From: Eukaryota sp. GEM-RC1
Lineage: Eukaryota
Reading direction: 5' to 3'
DNA: 64,000 bases
Assembly (NCBI GenBank): GCA_040285855.1
Contig: JAUFOQ010000001.1
Location: 3,038,001-3,102,000 of the forward strand
A program made the translations under genes and the position numbers. How positions within the stretch are numbered: the first letter of the stretch is position 1; each line of letters opens with the position of its first letter. Shown piece after piece: positions 1-10,326 of the stretch. The notes below the pieces were generated by a model. That model was not told where the DNA came from. It was given only the letters and a program-made list of their open reading frames with translations, and did no database searches.

Positions 1-1
1 T

Positions 2-751
2 AGACCCCGGGGTCCTTCACCCCCTCGAAAAAAGACTAAGAAAGAACCTATTCCTGATTTGGATGAAGATGATCTTCAAGTGTTTAGTGCGTATGATATG
101 AAGGATGCAGCTCCTGTTAATACCAGAATTGATAGGTATGGTGCTGTTTTGAAGCAGGCTAAGGCGGTTAAAGAGAATCCACAAGTGAAACAAGAACCAT
201 ATGATTTTGAGCGGCCTTCTAATCGGTCACCTTCCCCTTATGAATCTGATGACGTGGATGAGCCGATTGTCCCATCACATCAGCCATCACATCAACCACC
301 ACCTCAGCCATCACATCAACATGATGACGTGGATGACTTGTTTGATTCTCCAATCCATTCTTTTGATCTTCCCGATGACGAAACTTTGGTAGAACCAGAT
401 GATGACTTTGACTTAAGTGTTGAACCCACACCTGATAGATCTTCTCTAGTTGAACCTGTTCCACCAAAGATTGAAACAACACCACGTGTATCACGACCCA
501 TACCAATCTCTACGGTAGTTGATGAACCAAAGTCTTCGTTTATTTACAATTTAACTGCAGTTATTTGTCATCAGGGAAGTAAGATAGCTTCTGGACATTA
601 TTACGTTTATATACGGAAGAATGTTAAGAAATCTGATTGGCTTTTGTTTAATGATCTTACGACTGGTGTTGAGTCTGTAACTGAAGAGTTTGTATTGAAT
701 GATATTAAGAAGGTGGGGTATATGATGTTCTATCAAAATGAAGTGGCGTAG
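2..751 (+). CDS. Ubiquitin-specific protease (peptidase C19), C-terminal part; 5'-partial
   Basis: Frame is open from base 2. His-box 'YNLTAVICHQGSKIASGHYYVYIRK...WLLFND...GYMMFYQ' follows a Pro/Asp-rich insertion with PSHQ repeats. Confidence 0.9.
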   Translation, partial: RPRGPSPPRKKTKKEPIPDLDEDDLQVFSAYDMKDAAPVNTRIDRYGAVLKQAKAVKENPQVKQEPYDFERPSNRSPSPYESDDVDEPIVPSHQPSHQPPPQPSHQHDDVDDLFDSPIHSFDLPDDETLVEPDDDFDLSVEPTPDRSSLVEPVPPKIETTPRVSRPIPISTVVDEPKSSFIYNLTAVICHQGSKIASGHYYVYIRKNVKKSDWLLFNDLTTGVESVTEEFVLNDIKKVGYMMFYQNEVA

Positions 752-1164
752 TAGGTGATGGTTCTATTTTTAATTTATTCTTTTTTTTTGAATATTTCTG
801 TATCGTATTTTTATTGTTCGGTCGGTCAATGGAACAGTCAATTAGCACGTTTGTTGAGTGTAGTCCACCAATCAGATGATCTTTCACTGTCCTTTCTTAT
901 ACACCAGCTGTATGGTTGGTCATATTTTTATCAGTGTTTATTATGTCGTTTCTGAGGAATCTTTTTCCTGTTTCAATTCAATCAAAAAAATCTCGAAATA
1001 AAATATGATTTTTGATATTATTTTTCTTCAACTACAATGTATTGACCAGTTTGCGTCTTTCGAAATCAAAAGTGATGCAATAAATTGAATACAATAGTGC
1101 TTGCACTATTCACATACCAAGTGTTAGGAATCAACTTATCTACACAATTCTTGTTTTTTCGTCA

Positions 1165-2448
1165 TTAACTTATCAGTAATTCCCCATCTTCTTCCATAGC
1201 TTCCACTCTTTCCTCAGACTCAATTCCCAACACTTGATACAGAGAGTTCCTCTCCAACGAGACATCCAGACCTTCCTTAATGTTCTCAATCACTCCGACT
1301 GCAATAGCTTCAAAGAAATCGTGATGAATCAATTTCATTAAGTAGTTGATTGTGTCTGTTGCACCCGAGTTCACAATGAGCTCTTGATCATTAATTAAAA
1401 TCTTCTTTTCAGCAATACTGTTTAGAATATACCAAATAACAGTGTTAACCAACTCTTGTTGATGTAAAGTCTTGTTTAATCCATAAGTCTTGAGAGAATT
1501 GTCAATAAACCTGACTGTACCCACATCTGAACTACTTTTAACATAGGAAACAAGTTCAAAAATAACACATTCAACTTCTAGTCCAAAACAATCTTCCAAA
1601 AGTAAACGTGACACCGTAATAGCACATATACTCGACACCTTCTTACATGGATAATTAATCAAAGGCATTAAGTAGTTCATAACGGGACTCGACAGTTTGT
1701 GATAAGTACAAATATCAGCCAGGCAGCTAGCTACTATTATTCTATTTGATGGAGCTTCGTAGAATAAACCAGTTGTTAGAATATCCAACATTCTAGTAGC
1801 AACAGTAGGCGAACCTATTGATAGTGATGTAGTGAGATGAAACGCCATTGACCGCACGTCATCATCATTTGATTGGAGACACTTTGCAATGATCATTGGA
1901 ACTGAACCCACAGTAGCACCATTAAACACTTGATCAATGGAGAGAGTTAAGTTCCAATCGACGTTTTGGGCGTCACCGAAGTCTGTTGATAGCAGGAGAA
2001 GTAAATGGTTGAGGGACGAGCATTTGTTGATGATGAATAGCAACACTACTGCAAACTTCTTCAAAAGAGGCTTCTGATCGCCTTCATTGAGTTTCGTTAC
2101 ATTCTGTGTTAACAACGGAGCAATTGACGTCATAAAGAGATCAAAAGAGCCAGTTACGTTAGTCCATGATGTGAGCAGAGTTTCAATGATCTTCTCAGAG
2201 GATGTGGACTGGAGTATAGTTTCTATTAGAGTTGAAGCGTGTTCCAGATCGTAATGTGTTGAGATGTCAACATACTGAAGTAGTGATGCTATATCGCTGG
2301 CTAGTTGTTGATTATCAGAGGTACGGGAATTCCAAATATCACAGAAATCAGGTATAGAAGGGATGTGATCATTCAGTAGAGAGAATCGTCCTTGCTCATA
2401 ACACTTAGCAGCATACAAGTTGACCAAGTGTAAGCGGGTAAGAGACAT
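1165..2448 (-). CDS. Condensin subunit CAP-G/Cnd3 C-terminal-domain-like HEAT protein
   Basis: 427-aa ORF. Blocks 'LQSNDDDVRSMAFH', 'RIIVASCLADICTYH', 'VSSICAITVSRLLL' and 'FIDNSLKTYG...HQQEL' match the order and spacing of the Cnd3 domain as I recall it. Confidence 0.6.
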   Translation of the reverse strand: MSLTRLHLVNLYAAKCYEQGRFSLLNDHIPSIPDFCDIWNSRTSDNQQLASDIASLLQYVDISTHYDLEHASTLIETILQSTSSEKIIETLLTSWTNVTGSFDLFMTSIAPLLTQNVTKLNEGDQKPLLKKFAVVLLFIINKCSSLNHLLLLLSTDFGDAQNVDWNLTLSIDQVFNGATVGSVPMIIAKCLQSNDDDVRSMAFHLTTSLSIGSPTVATRMLDILTTGLFYEAPSNRIIVASCLADICTYHKLSSPVMNYLMPLINYPCKKVSSICAITVSRLLLEDCFGLEVECVIFELVSYVKSSSDVGTVRFIDNSLKTYGLNKTLHQQELVNTVIWYILNSIAEKKILINDQELIVNSGATDTINYLMKLIHHDFFEAIAVGVIENIKEGLDVSLERNSLYQVLGIESEERVEAMEEDGELLIS

Positions 2449-2473
2449 TTAAGCGCAGGCAAAACTTGCTCTT

Positions 2474-3487
2474 TTGAGTTCCTCCTGTTTTCCAGCAACA
2501 GATCCTTGTCTGCCGACAATTGTACCCCAGTTTCGTCTCTCATGGCCTTCTCCTGTTGAACTTAGCACATCAGAAGTTATTCCAGTTACTACTTGTTCTA
2601 TTGATTCTTCAACAAACAACCTGGTCGCGGGGTACATCAACGGACAAATTGGTGTCGCTTGTATAGATCCCATGTCAACGTCTCAAGACTCAATCTTTTC
2701 TCTAAATGAACCCTCTCCAAATCCCATACGCTGGATATCCTTCAATGACTCTTCCATGTTCTTCTCTGCAGCAGCTTCCACTCTCTCTGTATGGGATACT
2801 GAACAACTCACCCTTGCCTGCAACTTCCCTCTTCCCTTCATTGTCTCTTCAGCCGCAATTCCACCCTCTCCGGCCTCAGTAGTACTTACTTATGGTGACT
2901 CATCACATCTCGTCACCATTGATCTCCGCTCCGCTACTCTTTCCTCTTCTCTCTCAATCAAATCGCCGACTAGTGATAATAATGTCTATGTCACGTATGC
3001 GAAGTTCATTGATGAGTCATCAGTTTTGGTTGCTGATACTTCTAGTAAGTTGTATGTGGTGGATTTGGTAGCCAACAAAGTCTTGTTTTACTTAAATGTA
3101 TTTGGTGGTCCATCACTTAGACCTGTTGCTTTTAGTAAGAGCAAATCACTCATCAAATCAATCACAATAGGAAATGGATTGATTGTCTGTCATCAAAATG
3201 ATGGACAACTGCTTGTTTGGAATTTGTATAACTTTTTCTTTGTTGGTTTGAAAGATTATATTCAAGGACTGGACAATAGTGGTATTTTGGACTATTACTT
3301 TTCTGATATTTTAAATTTTGGTGTTATGGTGGTTTCACAAGGCAACTCTATATTGTTTTTAGACAAAGACTTGGAAATCTCCTCAGTAAGTATTGGTCAC
3401 GTAGGTAATGTATCTTGCTTATCTTGTGCTAGTGATTTTGTTGTCTCGGGAGATGATAGTGGAAGTTTGCTGTTATGGAAAATTTGA
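2474..3487 (+). CDS. WD40-repeat protein (start uncertain)
   Basis: 'LSVWD', 'LLVWN' and 'GHVGNVSCL...VSGDDSGSLLLWKI' WD repeats. Frame opens at 2453; first ATG is at 2672. Confidence 0.8.
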   Translation: MSSSCFPATDPCLPTIVPQFRLSWPSPVELSTSEVIPVTTCSIDSSTNNLVAGYINGQIGVACIDPMSTSQDSIFSLNEPSPNPIRWISFNDSSMFFSAAASTLSVWDTEQLTLACNFPLPFIVSSAAIPPSPASVVLTYGDSSHLVTIDLRSATLSSSLSIKSPTSDNNVYVTYAKFIDESSVLVADTSSKLYVVDLVANKVLFYLNVFGGPSLRPVAFSKSKSLIKSITIGNGLIVCHQNDGQLLVWNLYNFFFVGLKDYIQGLDNSGILDYYFSDILNFGVMVVSQGNSILFLDKDLEISSVSIGHVGNVSCLSCASDFVVSGDDSGSLLLWKI

Positions 3488-3803
3488 ATTATTTCTGAGA
3501 AATTCTGTCGATGCAATGGCACTCGTCTCATCAGTTAACTATTCTTACGATTGTGATCAAAATTGATTCAATCAGGAAAGTGATGTTCTGATGACTTTTA
3601 GGTTGTTGGTCTAGCTCAAGTTCTTAAGACTTCTTGAGAATAAGTCCACTTTTGGCAACCGATCGCTGGATGAATACTTTCCTATTCAGTTCTCATTAGT
3701 CCTCATAATTAGATTATTTTTGACATATGTATGTTCTCAATATAAACACTAAATTCTTCAGTCAAAGTAGGAATCTTTATAAGTTCAATTTTTATATGTG
3801 TCA

Positions 3804-6010
3804 TTACAACAATAAGACAACACGGCCTCTTCTTCTTCCCCTTTTTGAACCTCTACCTCCACCTCTCGGACAAACTGAGTTAACACTTGGCTTTGAAGAG
3901 GTCTGGCAAGGACTATTGGATTTTGATAGTCTTTTCTGAACATCTGTGTGTTCTTTATTAGAATCCTCTTGTCTTAAACACTTGAAAGAGCTGTCTTCTG
4001 AAAGAGAATCAGTATCGACACCTCTAGAATTGTTGGTAATAACTGTAGTGTGTTTGTTAATCACGACTTTGTTAGAGGAACAAAGTTTGTTGGAGATACA
4101 AGTAGAGCTACCAAGCAGAGACTCGTTCCTCTCACGTTCTTTGCTTTCCAGTCTACGAATCCAAGGTAAAACTAACTCGTTCAAAGACTTCAATTCCTGG
4201 TTATGTTGATTCAGGGTGTCTAAAGACTGATTCAATAAGTGAGTAGTAAGAAAAGGGGTAAGTCTGGAATCAGTTGTCAACTGCGATAGAATATTTAAAA
4301 TTTCAATATTATTTGAATTGAGTTGAGTGTTAATCATCGAAACCATCTCTTCAAAATTGGCTGCCGACCATAAATCAGTTTCTTTCCATGATTTAACTAG
4401 ACAATGAGCGAGAAATACATCATATGATATGGGAAGACAATTTTTTAAATTTTTAAACGCTTCGGGAGAAAGACATGGATATACGGAGACTTTTGAAAGA
4501 TCATTGACATCAATAACCAATAAGAAATTATTAACAAAATAATGAAATTCAAATTTAAGCATTTGCAACCCCAATTGTTATAACAACATTGAGAAAAGCA
4601 CCATAAAAACCACCCATCAGGAATATTAGAAAGACTTTTCACTCTGATAAAACCATTCATTGACCAATGGTACAAAAATTTAAAAAGGTAGGACTCATTG
4701 AACAAAGGAAGCAAAAAATGTAAATCCGATCGATATTACGATCATGTAAATGGATTTTTTGAAATATTTGTTTCAAAACAGGACTATCTGCATCGACACT
4801 TTGTTTGATAATGGATAAACTCAAACATTGTAAGATCCAGGTATTGAAAATGACATCCAACAACAGTGAAATAAAAGGAAGAGGCAGAGGAAACGGATCT
4901 TCGAGTCTACGACATCCCTCTAATTGACAAAAGATTTTTAAATTTTCTTGTAAAAAAGATAGCATATTGCGCTGGGAAATTGTTTTCAAGAAAAAGAGTA
5001 AGTCAACTGGAGCAGAAATAAATGCAATCAATGAATTACACGTTTCTTTTAGTGTTTCTACTTGAAAAAACACCGACAACTCGTAGAAATCAATGATGTT
5101 ACTAATAGTAACTTGAAATGATGTCCCAAGAAGATACTTGAAAAAATTCTCAAAATTTGAAAGACATACACTATCAAACACGTCGTCATATGAAATACTT
5201 TGAACATTTGAACAATCACTCTTCAAGCACAACAAATTTTTAAAATATTCTGAAACACACACTAATACTAAGGAACTAAAAGCCAAAGATTTGTTCTTAT
5301 ATACAAGAGTGACATTTTTCCTAGAAGTAGAGTAGAGATGCCACAAAACATCATTAGACTGCAAGTAAACTATACGTGACTTTGTGAAATCTTCAGATAT
5401 ATTCTTATGAATTGCATAGACTAATGAGGAAAGTTGAAGATCAGAACAGAAGGTAAGTTCAAAACCAATGTGGAGCTGAGATACAATATCACTATCACTT
5501 TGACCTATAATCGAATACTCATGTGATCCCCAATTGGGTGGTAGAAGTGGTGTTTGCTTACTCTGTACGTGAAAAGCGTAGAGATGATGTAGGTTAGACA
5601 CTGTGATGTCATATGAAGGTTTAGTTGAAGAAGATAGGTTTGGAAGGATGATTGTCTGTAATTCATGGAGCGCATTACTACAAATGCTGGGTAGAATAAC
5701 AGATGATATCGGACTATCAGCGAAACTAATCTTGTATTCGTCTGGTTGAACAGAGAGGTAACTTATGGGGATAGAAAACTTATAAGATCCGTCATAACCA
5801 AGAAGAAATAGGTGGGAGTTGAATTCAAATCGTACAATTGATAAACATCCAGAGGTAAAGAATGAACTTTGACTTGCTTGTATTTGCAGATTGACATTGG
5901 CGACCAAAAGATTGTTACATAGCTCATGTTGACAGAACAAGCAGGGAACATCTGAGAACCCTGTAAACCCTGGTGACGTGATCAAATAGAAAGATATTGA
6001 TTGACATCAT
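3804..6010 (-). CDS. BTB/POZ-domain protein split over several frames (probable sequencing frameshifts, or a pseudogene)
   Basis: ORFs 4657-5985, 4445-4714 and 3804-4574 are consecutive on the minus strand. BTB signature 'NVTLVYKNKSLAFSSLVLVCVSEYFKNL...FQVTISNIIDFYELSVFFQVETLKETC'. Confidence 0.7.
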
Positions 6011-6046
6011 TATACAAGTGAAGCAGGTTATAAATCCTTCAAACAA

Positions 6047-6972
6047 ATGCCGCCTTCTGTTTTAGAGCAGATCTTTGATCCTGTAAACTACTTCTTGTTC
6101 GGAGTAGGCGCCGTCGGGTCGTTTCTTGCAGCCATGTTTGCTGTTGGTGGATCAGGTCTCTTCATTCCCATGATGATTTACATCACTCCGTTATTTTTCG
6201 GCCCTGATGTGATTGATATGCATATGGCTGCTGCTCTTTCTATTGGTACTATCTGGTTCAGTTCTCTTTCTGCATCGTTCTCCTTACGCGACGTGTTAAA
6301 ACAACAGTCAATCAAGCCTTTAGTTCTTGTCCTGGCAATTCCTAGCATGATTGGTGGTCTTATTGGCAGTACATCTACCAAATGGGTTCCTGACATCGTT
6401 TTGAGGTCACTTTTCCCCATTGGATTCTTTGTAGCCAACGCTATTCTGCTAAAGAAGCCTGAAAATGACGAATGGGAAGACATGGATGTCCCTGTTCCTT
6501 ATGTAGTTAAGAAGTCTGTTGTTGGAGCTTTGGGCAGTAGTCTGATTGCTTCGTTTCTGGGCTTTGGTGGAGCAACATTTCTCAAACGTTTGTCTATTCA
6601 TTGTTTTAATTATAGCGTATAATATTCTTCATCTTCTTACTTCCAGAATGTGTCTCTATTTCTTAAACATTCCAACACGTGTAACTTTAGCTGTTATCAT
6701 GCCGGTGACAACAATCTTTTCTAATTCATCTTTGATAGGTATCGTACCCATCGAAATCTAACTCAAGGAAAAATCATTTCTTCTCAAATTGACTACTTTA
6801 AATGGATGTGGATGACTGTGCCAGCAGTTCCGTTTGCGAAGTTAGGCGTTTTTGTGGGAAGAAAACAAAAGCCAAGAATCTTCGTACTGCAACTGCGTAT
6901 TTATTCATGGCTATATCGATTTTCATGGGCGTTGAAGCTGTCTACTTAATAGTTACTGGACAGTTTGCGTAG
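6047..6972 (+). CDS. TauE/SafE (TSUP) sulfite-exporter family membrane protein; exons 6047-6587, 6616, 6647-6738, 6768-6972 (plus one missing A near 6862)
   Basis: Two internal repeats 'AVGGSGLFIPMMIY' and 'GFGGATFLKPMCLYFLNIPTRVTLA'. After splicing three GT-AG introns the protein continues 'GKIISSQIDY...AKLGVFVGRK'. One extra A in the AAAA run restores 'TKAKNLRTATAYLFMAISIFM...FA*'. Confidence 0.85.
6588..6615 (+). other. 28-nt spliceosomal intron 1 of the TauE gene
   Basis: GTTTGT...TTAATTATAG. Removal is required to move to the frame that encodes the conserved 'IPTRVT' motif. Confidence 0.85.
6617..6646 (+). other. 30-nt spliceosomal intron 2 of the TauE gene, leaving a 1-nt exon at 6616
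   Basis: GTATAA...CTTACTTCCAG with a CTTAC branch-like motif. Removal gives family-typical spacing P-x7-I-P-T-R (PMCLYFLNIPTR). Confidence 0.7.
6739..6767 (+). other. 29-nt spliceosomal intron 3 of the TauE gene
   Basis: GTATCG...CTAACTCAAG. Contains the in-frame stop; removal gives 'LIGKIISSQ'. Confidence 0.85.
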
Positions 6973-7834
6973 ATTTTTTTCAACTTTATTTTTATTGTGT
7001 TCATTGATTTTAGCATTCAAGATTCTTCTTAACCACAAGTCAAGTCTATTTTATTGACTTAGACAATCTAGAAGTGTTTATGTATATGATGGTATTTGAT
7101 TCCCTGTCAATTTGGTGTGGTTTTAATATAATGGAATATCACCTCTTGTGATTCAGATTTAGATTTCCTCTAACAATACCGTTCACAAATTCCTTTAACA
7201 CAGCCTTTTTTTTCAGTGGCTTCATCAAAGACCTATTTCACTAGCTTCGAATGTAACCAAACAAACCATTGGTCAAAATTTAAAATTTCTTAAAATACAA
7301 TGAGTTTTGAGGGACTTCCAAATGTACATCAGTGACCAAAGGGTCATAGCAAAAGGGGCCGACAAATAATATACACAGCAGACAGCACAAAAGATGTTGA
7401 ATCATCAATTTTAGCTATATTAGGGCTCCAACTTTTTGAAACACCCACTAAAAAGACTGAAACTATTGAGGAATAATGTTTGTAAAGATGGCTCAAATCA
7501 GAGCCAAACATCGATAATTGAGGTCGATTGACAATTTTAGACAATGCAGTTTCTACTAACCGTGTTTCACTATTAGAAAGCATTTAGACAAGAGTTATTT
7601 GTCATCGATCTTATCATTGCGTTAAAATGTACGTTTTAATCATTATTACTGATTCCTTCAGTGAAGAGTTGCTAATGGTGGAACACTATTAGTCAGTTCG
7701 TTGTAGTTATATCAATTAACTACATGTTGTAATTTACAATCTATATATCATCAGTTAATTATGGTTTTGATAATTAAATAAACCTGAACAACTCAGGGAT
7801 GTTAAAAAATATATTTTTTATTTATTTAGGGGTC

Positions 7835-8309
7835 GAGTAAATACACCACGTAAATACACCATCTCAGATTCTCTTCTATCCTACATTGTGTTTATGATAC
7901 ATGGAGTTATAATCTACACAGTTGTACAAGTGCTACACCAAGTAAGTGATCTGATGGAGGTATTCAGTACACGTTCGTGGACCTCCATTCAGTTATATTC
8001 AAGGGACTCTTTGGAATGAAAAACGACCAGCATTAGATGTTCTTCTTATGTAAGGGAAGACTTCATTCACTTGTAATCATAGTGTTTTTAGTTTGTTGAA
8101 CAAGAACGCTCCTAGGCAGGAGGTATGACTCAAACAGTTTCCGAACATTTTGTTAAACAAAGAGGAGTGTGATCAGCTGAAGCACAACAACGCTCTTGGA
8201 ACTCATTTTATAGACTACATCATTAGAATATCACTATTATGTTGACGAAGATAGGTACAAACAACACTGATGTAAATGGGGGTGGTGTATTTACGTGGTG
8301 TATTTCCTC
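7835..8309. mobile_element. MITE-like element with ~28-31-bp terminal inverted repeats
   Basis: Left GAGTAAATACACCACGTAAATACACCA versus right reverse complement GAGGAAATACACCACGTAAATACACCA. No clear TSD. Confidence 0.65.
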
Positions 8310-8598
8310 ACATTTAAGGTGACTCAGCACTACCCAAACTGAAGTGGAGTTTCACGAACAGTTGGTGAACTGGTAGCGGAAAATTAGACATTTCAATTAG
8401 CTCAAAATCCAGATGAAACAACTGGGAAGTAGTGCTTCCTCTCAATTTTTACTTTTCTAATCTGTTTTTGACATTCTTACATGATCTTGTTCTCGGCTCG
8501 CAAAGGTAACGATGGGTGTACTGATAGTGCCTTGTAAGATCAAGTGATGCCTTCTTCTGTCCCAAATGTACAGTATTGCTCCAACCCACTCTCTTCTA

Positions 8599-9590
8599 AT
8601 GGAGTGCACCATCCCAACGTTCATCAAACAATGGTAATACTCCCCTATTTACTCACCTAAGGTCATACACACAACACACACAATACTCTGGAGAGATTGC
8701 TATCCCAACCTACGATCACTACACAAGTTAGTTTGACTTCCTTGAAGATCACCATACGGTAAGAATCCGTATGCGGCCGCTCAACAAACGAACTCTTTTG
8801 GACATTATCGAATCAAAGCAGGATAACCTTGATATTGACGCTACTCTTAGTTACAAAACCTCCTACGATCGTCCTAGTGTTACACTCATAGCAACAACAA
8901 TTTTCTCTGTTCAGGAAAGAACTGTACTTTATGTTTGGTGAACCCACTAGCAGCACTTGACTGTACAACGAAACGGTCCCTCACTCACGATCGGAGACAT
9001 TGATGAGGTCTATGATATTGTTACCGGTTGTCAGTGTTGCAAGAAGAAGACTTTCTTCTGGATGGGCACTCTACTCTTGAGGTATGTCAAGCCTATATTT
9101 GCTTACTGTAGGATATGGTTTTGATGGACAACTGCTAATCTAAACAAAAATGCGTCGATACTCCTACTCAAAGATGTGTTTACATCAGTCAACCCCGGAA
9201 CCTAGGTTTCAGTGACTAAGTATTTCCTCTATTGACTTCTGGCCACATAGTTGAAGTTTTGTCCAATAGTATGTTCTCATAATAGGCGGTGGAAGCGATT
9301 GTCATCAGGCTCTCACAAAGCTCATTAGTGAAAGTACCAACATGTATCGGCAGCTTAAATAACATGTATTGTAACAGTGATGCCCTCCATGCAATAGGCG
9401 GGATTACTTCTGATGATGTATAAGTAGTTGGACGGGGTTCTAATCAACACAGAAGTTTTGGTACGAGAACCTCAGGCAGTAAACTCAGACTTCCAGACAA
9501 GATATTGGATGTGTGTGAGTTTATGAAGACTAGTAGAACCGTAATTCTATAAAAGCAATTGCTGGTGAAGACCAAAGGGACATTATTAAG
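8599..9590 (+). pseudogene. Degraded gene of unknown family with two short introns (8634-8661, 9082-9111)
   Basis: ATG at 8599. 28- and 30-nt GT...CTNAC-NNN-AG introns of the local type. Reading frame broken by several stops and shifts. Confidence 0.45.
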
Positions 9591-9735
9591 TGTATTTTCG
9601 CTGAACCTTAAATAAAATGTTTTCTAAAAAATGTTTACATAATACTGATTCTTGAAAATTTCTCAATGAGCTGAACATTGCAAATACCAGATCACTTTTC
9701 AAGTTGACAACTTGTTCTGTGGATCGACAGAACGA

Positions 9736-10326
9736 ATGTCAAACAACATGAGTTCTTCAGATAAAAAGTCTCCGCTTAACCTGCACTCACGCCTGTCTAT
9801 CAGCAATGTCACTGCTTGTTTCGAACTTAACCCCAAAAAAACCTTAGATCTTGGGGATCTTACTGACCAACTTTGGAACGTCACCTTCTCCTCCAAGTTT
9901 CCTTCTTTAGATATCAAACTCAGCAAGCCCAATGTTCTGGCCAAAATATCGGTCTCGGGAAAAGTCAACATCGTTGGTGCTATAGATGAAGATGAATGTA
10001 GACTGGCAATGGAAAGGGTATGCAGGTTGTTGCGAAAGCTGAACATATCCTTCGATGCAGCAACCAATTTTAGAGTATACCAGGCAATGGGATCTGCTAA
10101 GCTTGGTACCACGATCGATATAGAACGATTGCAGGCTAACAATAGACATTGCTGTGAATGGGAGTATCATCACTTTAGAAGAGTACGGTATAAGATAGAC
10201 GAACCGAAAGTAACAGTACAGATCTATAACAGTGGTAGCTTGGTGTTCTTAGGGCCTAATGCTGAGTCAATAAGTGAAGCTGCTTGTATTATATCCCCAT
10301 TAATTGAACGGCACATTTCAGGGTGA
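9736..10326 (+). CDS. Divergent TATA-box-binding-protein-like factor (TBP/TRF family)
   Basis: Two TBP core repeats: 'ISNVTACF...LDL...SKFPSL...P...KISVSGKVNIVGA..EDECRLA' and 'NFRVYQAMGS...IDIERL...YKIDEPKVTVQIYNSGSLVFLGPN'. Confidence 0.9.
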   Translation: MSNNMSSSDKKSPLNLHSRLSISNVTACFELNPKKTLDLGDLTDQLWNVTFSSKFPSLDIKLSKPNVLAKISVSGKVNIVGAIDEDECRLAMERVCRLLRKLNISFDAATNFRVYQAMGSAKLGTTIDIERLQANNRHCCEWEYHHFRRVRYKIDEPKVTVQIYNSGSLVFLGPNAESISEAACIISPLIERHISG

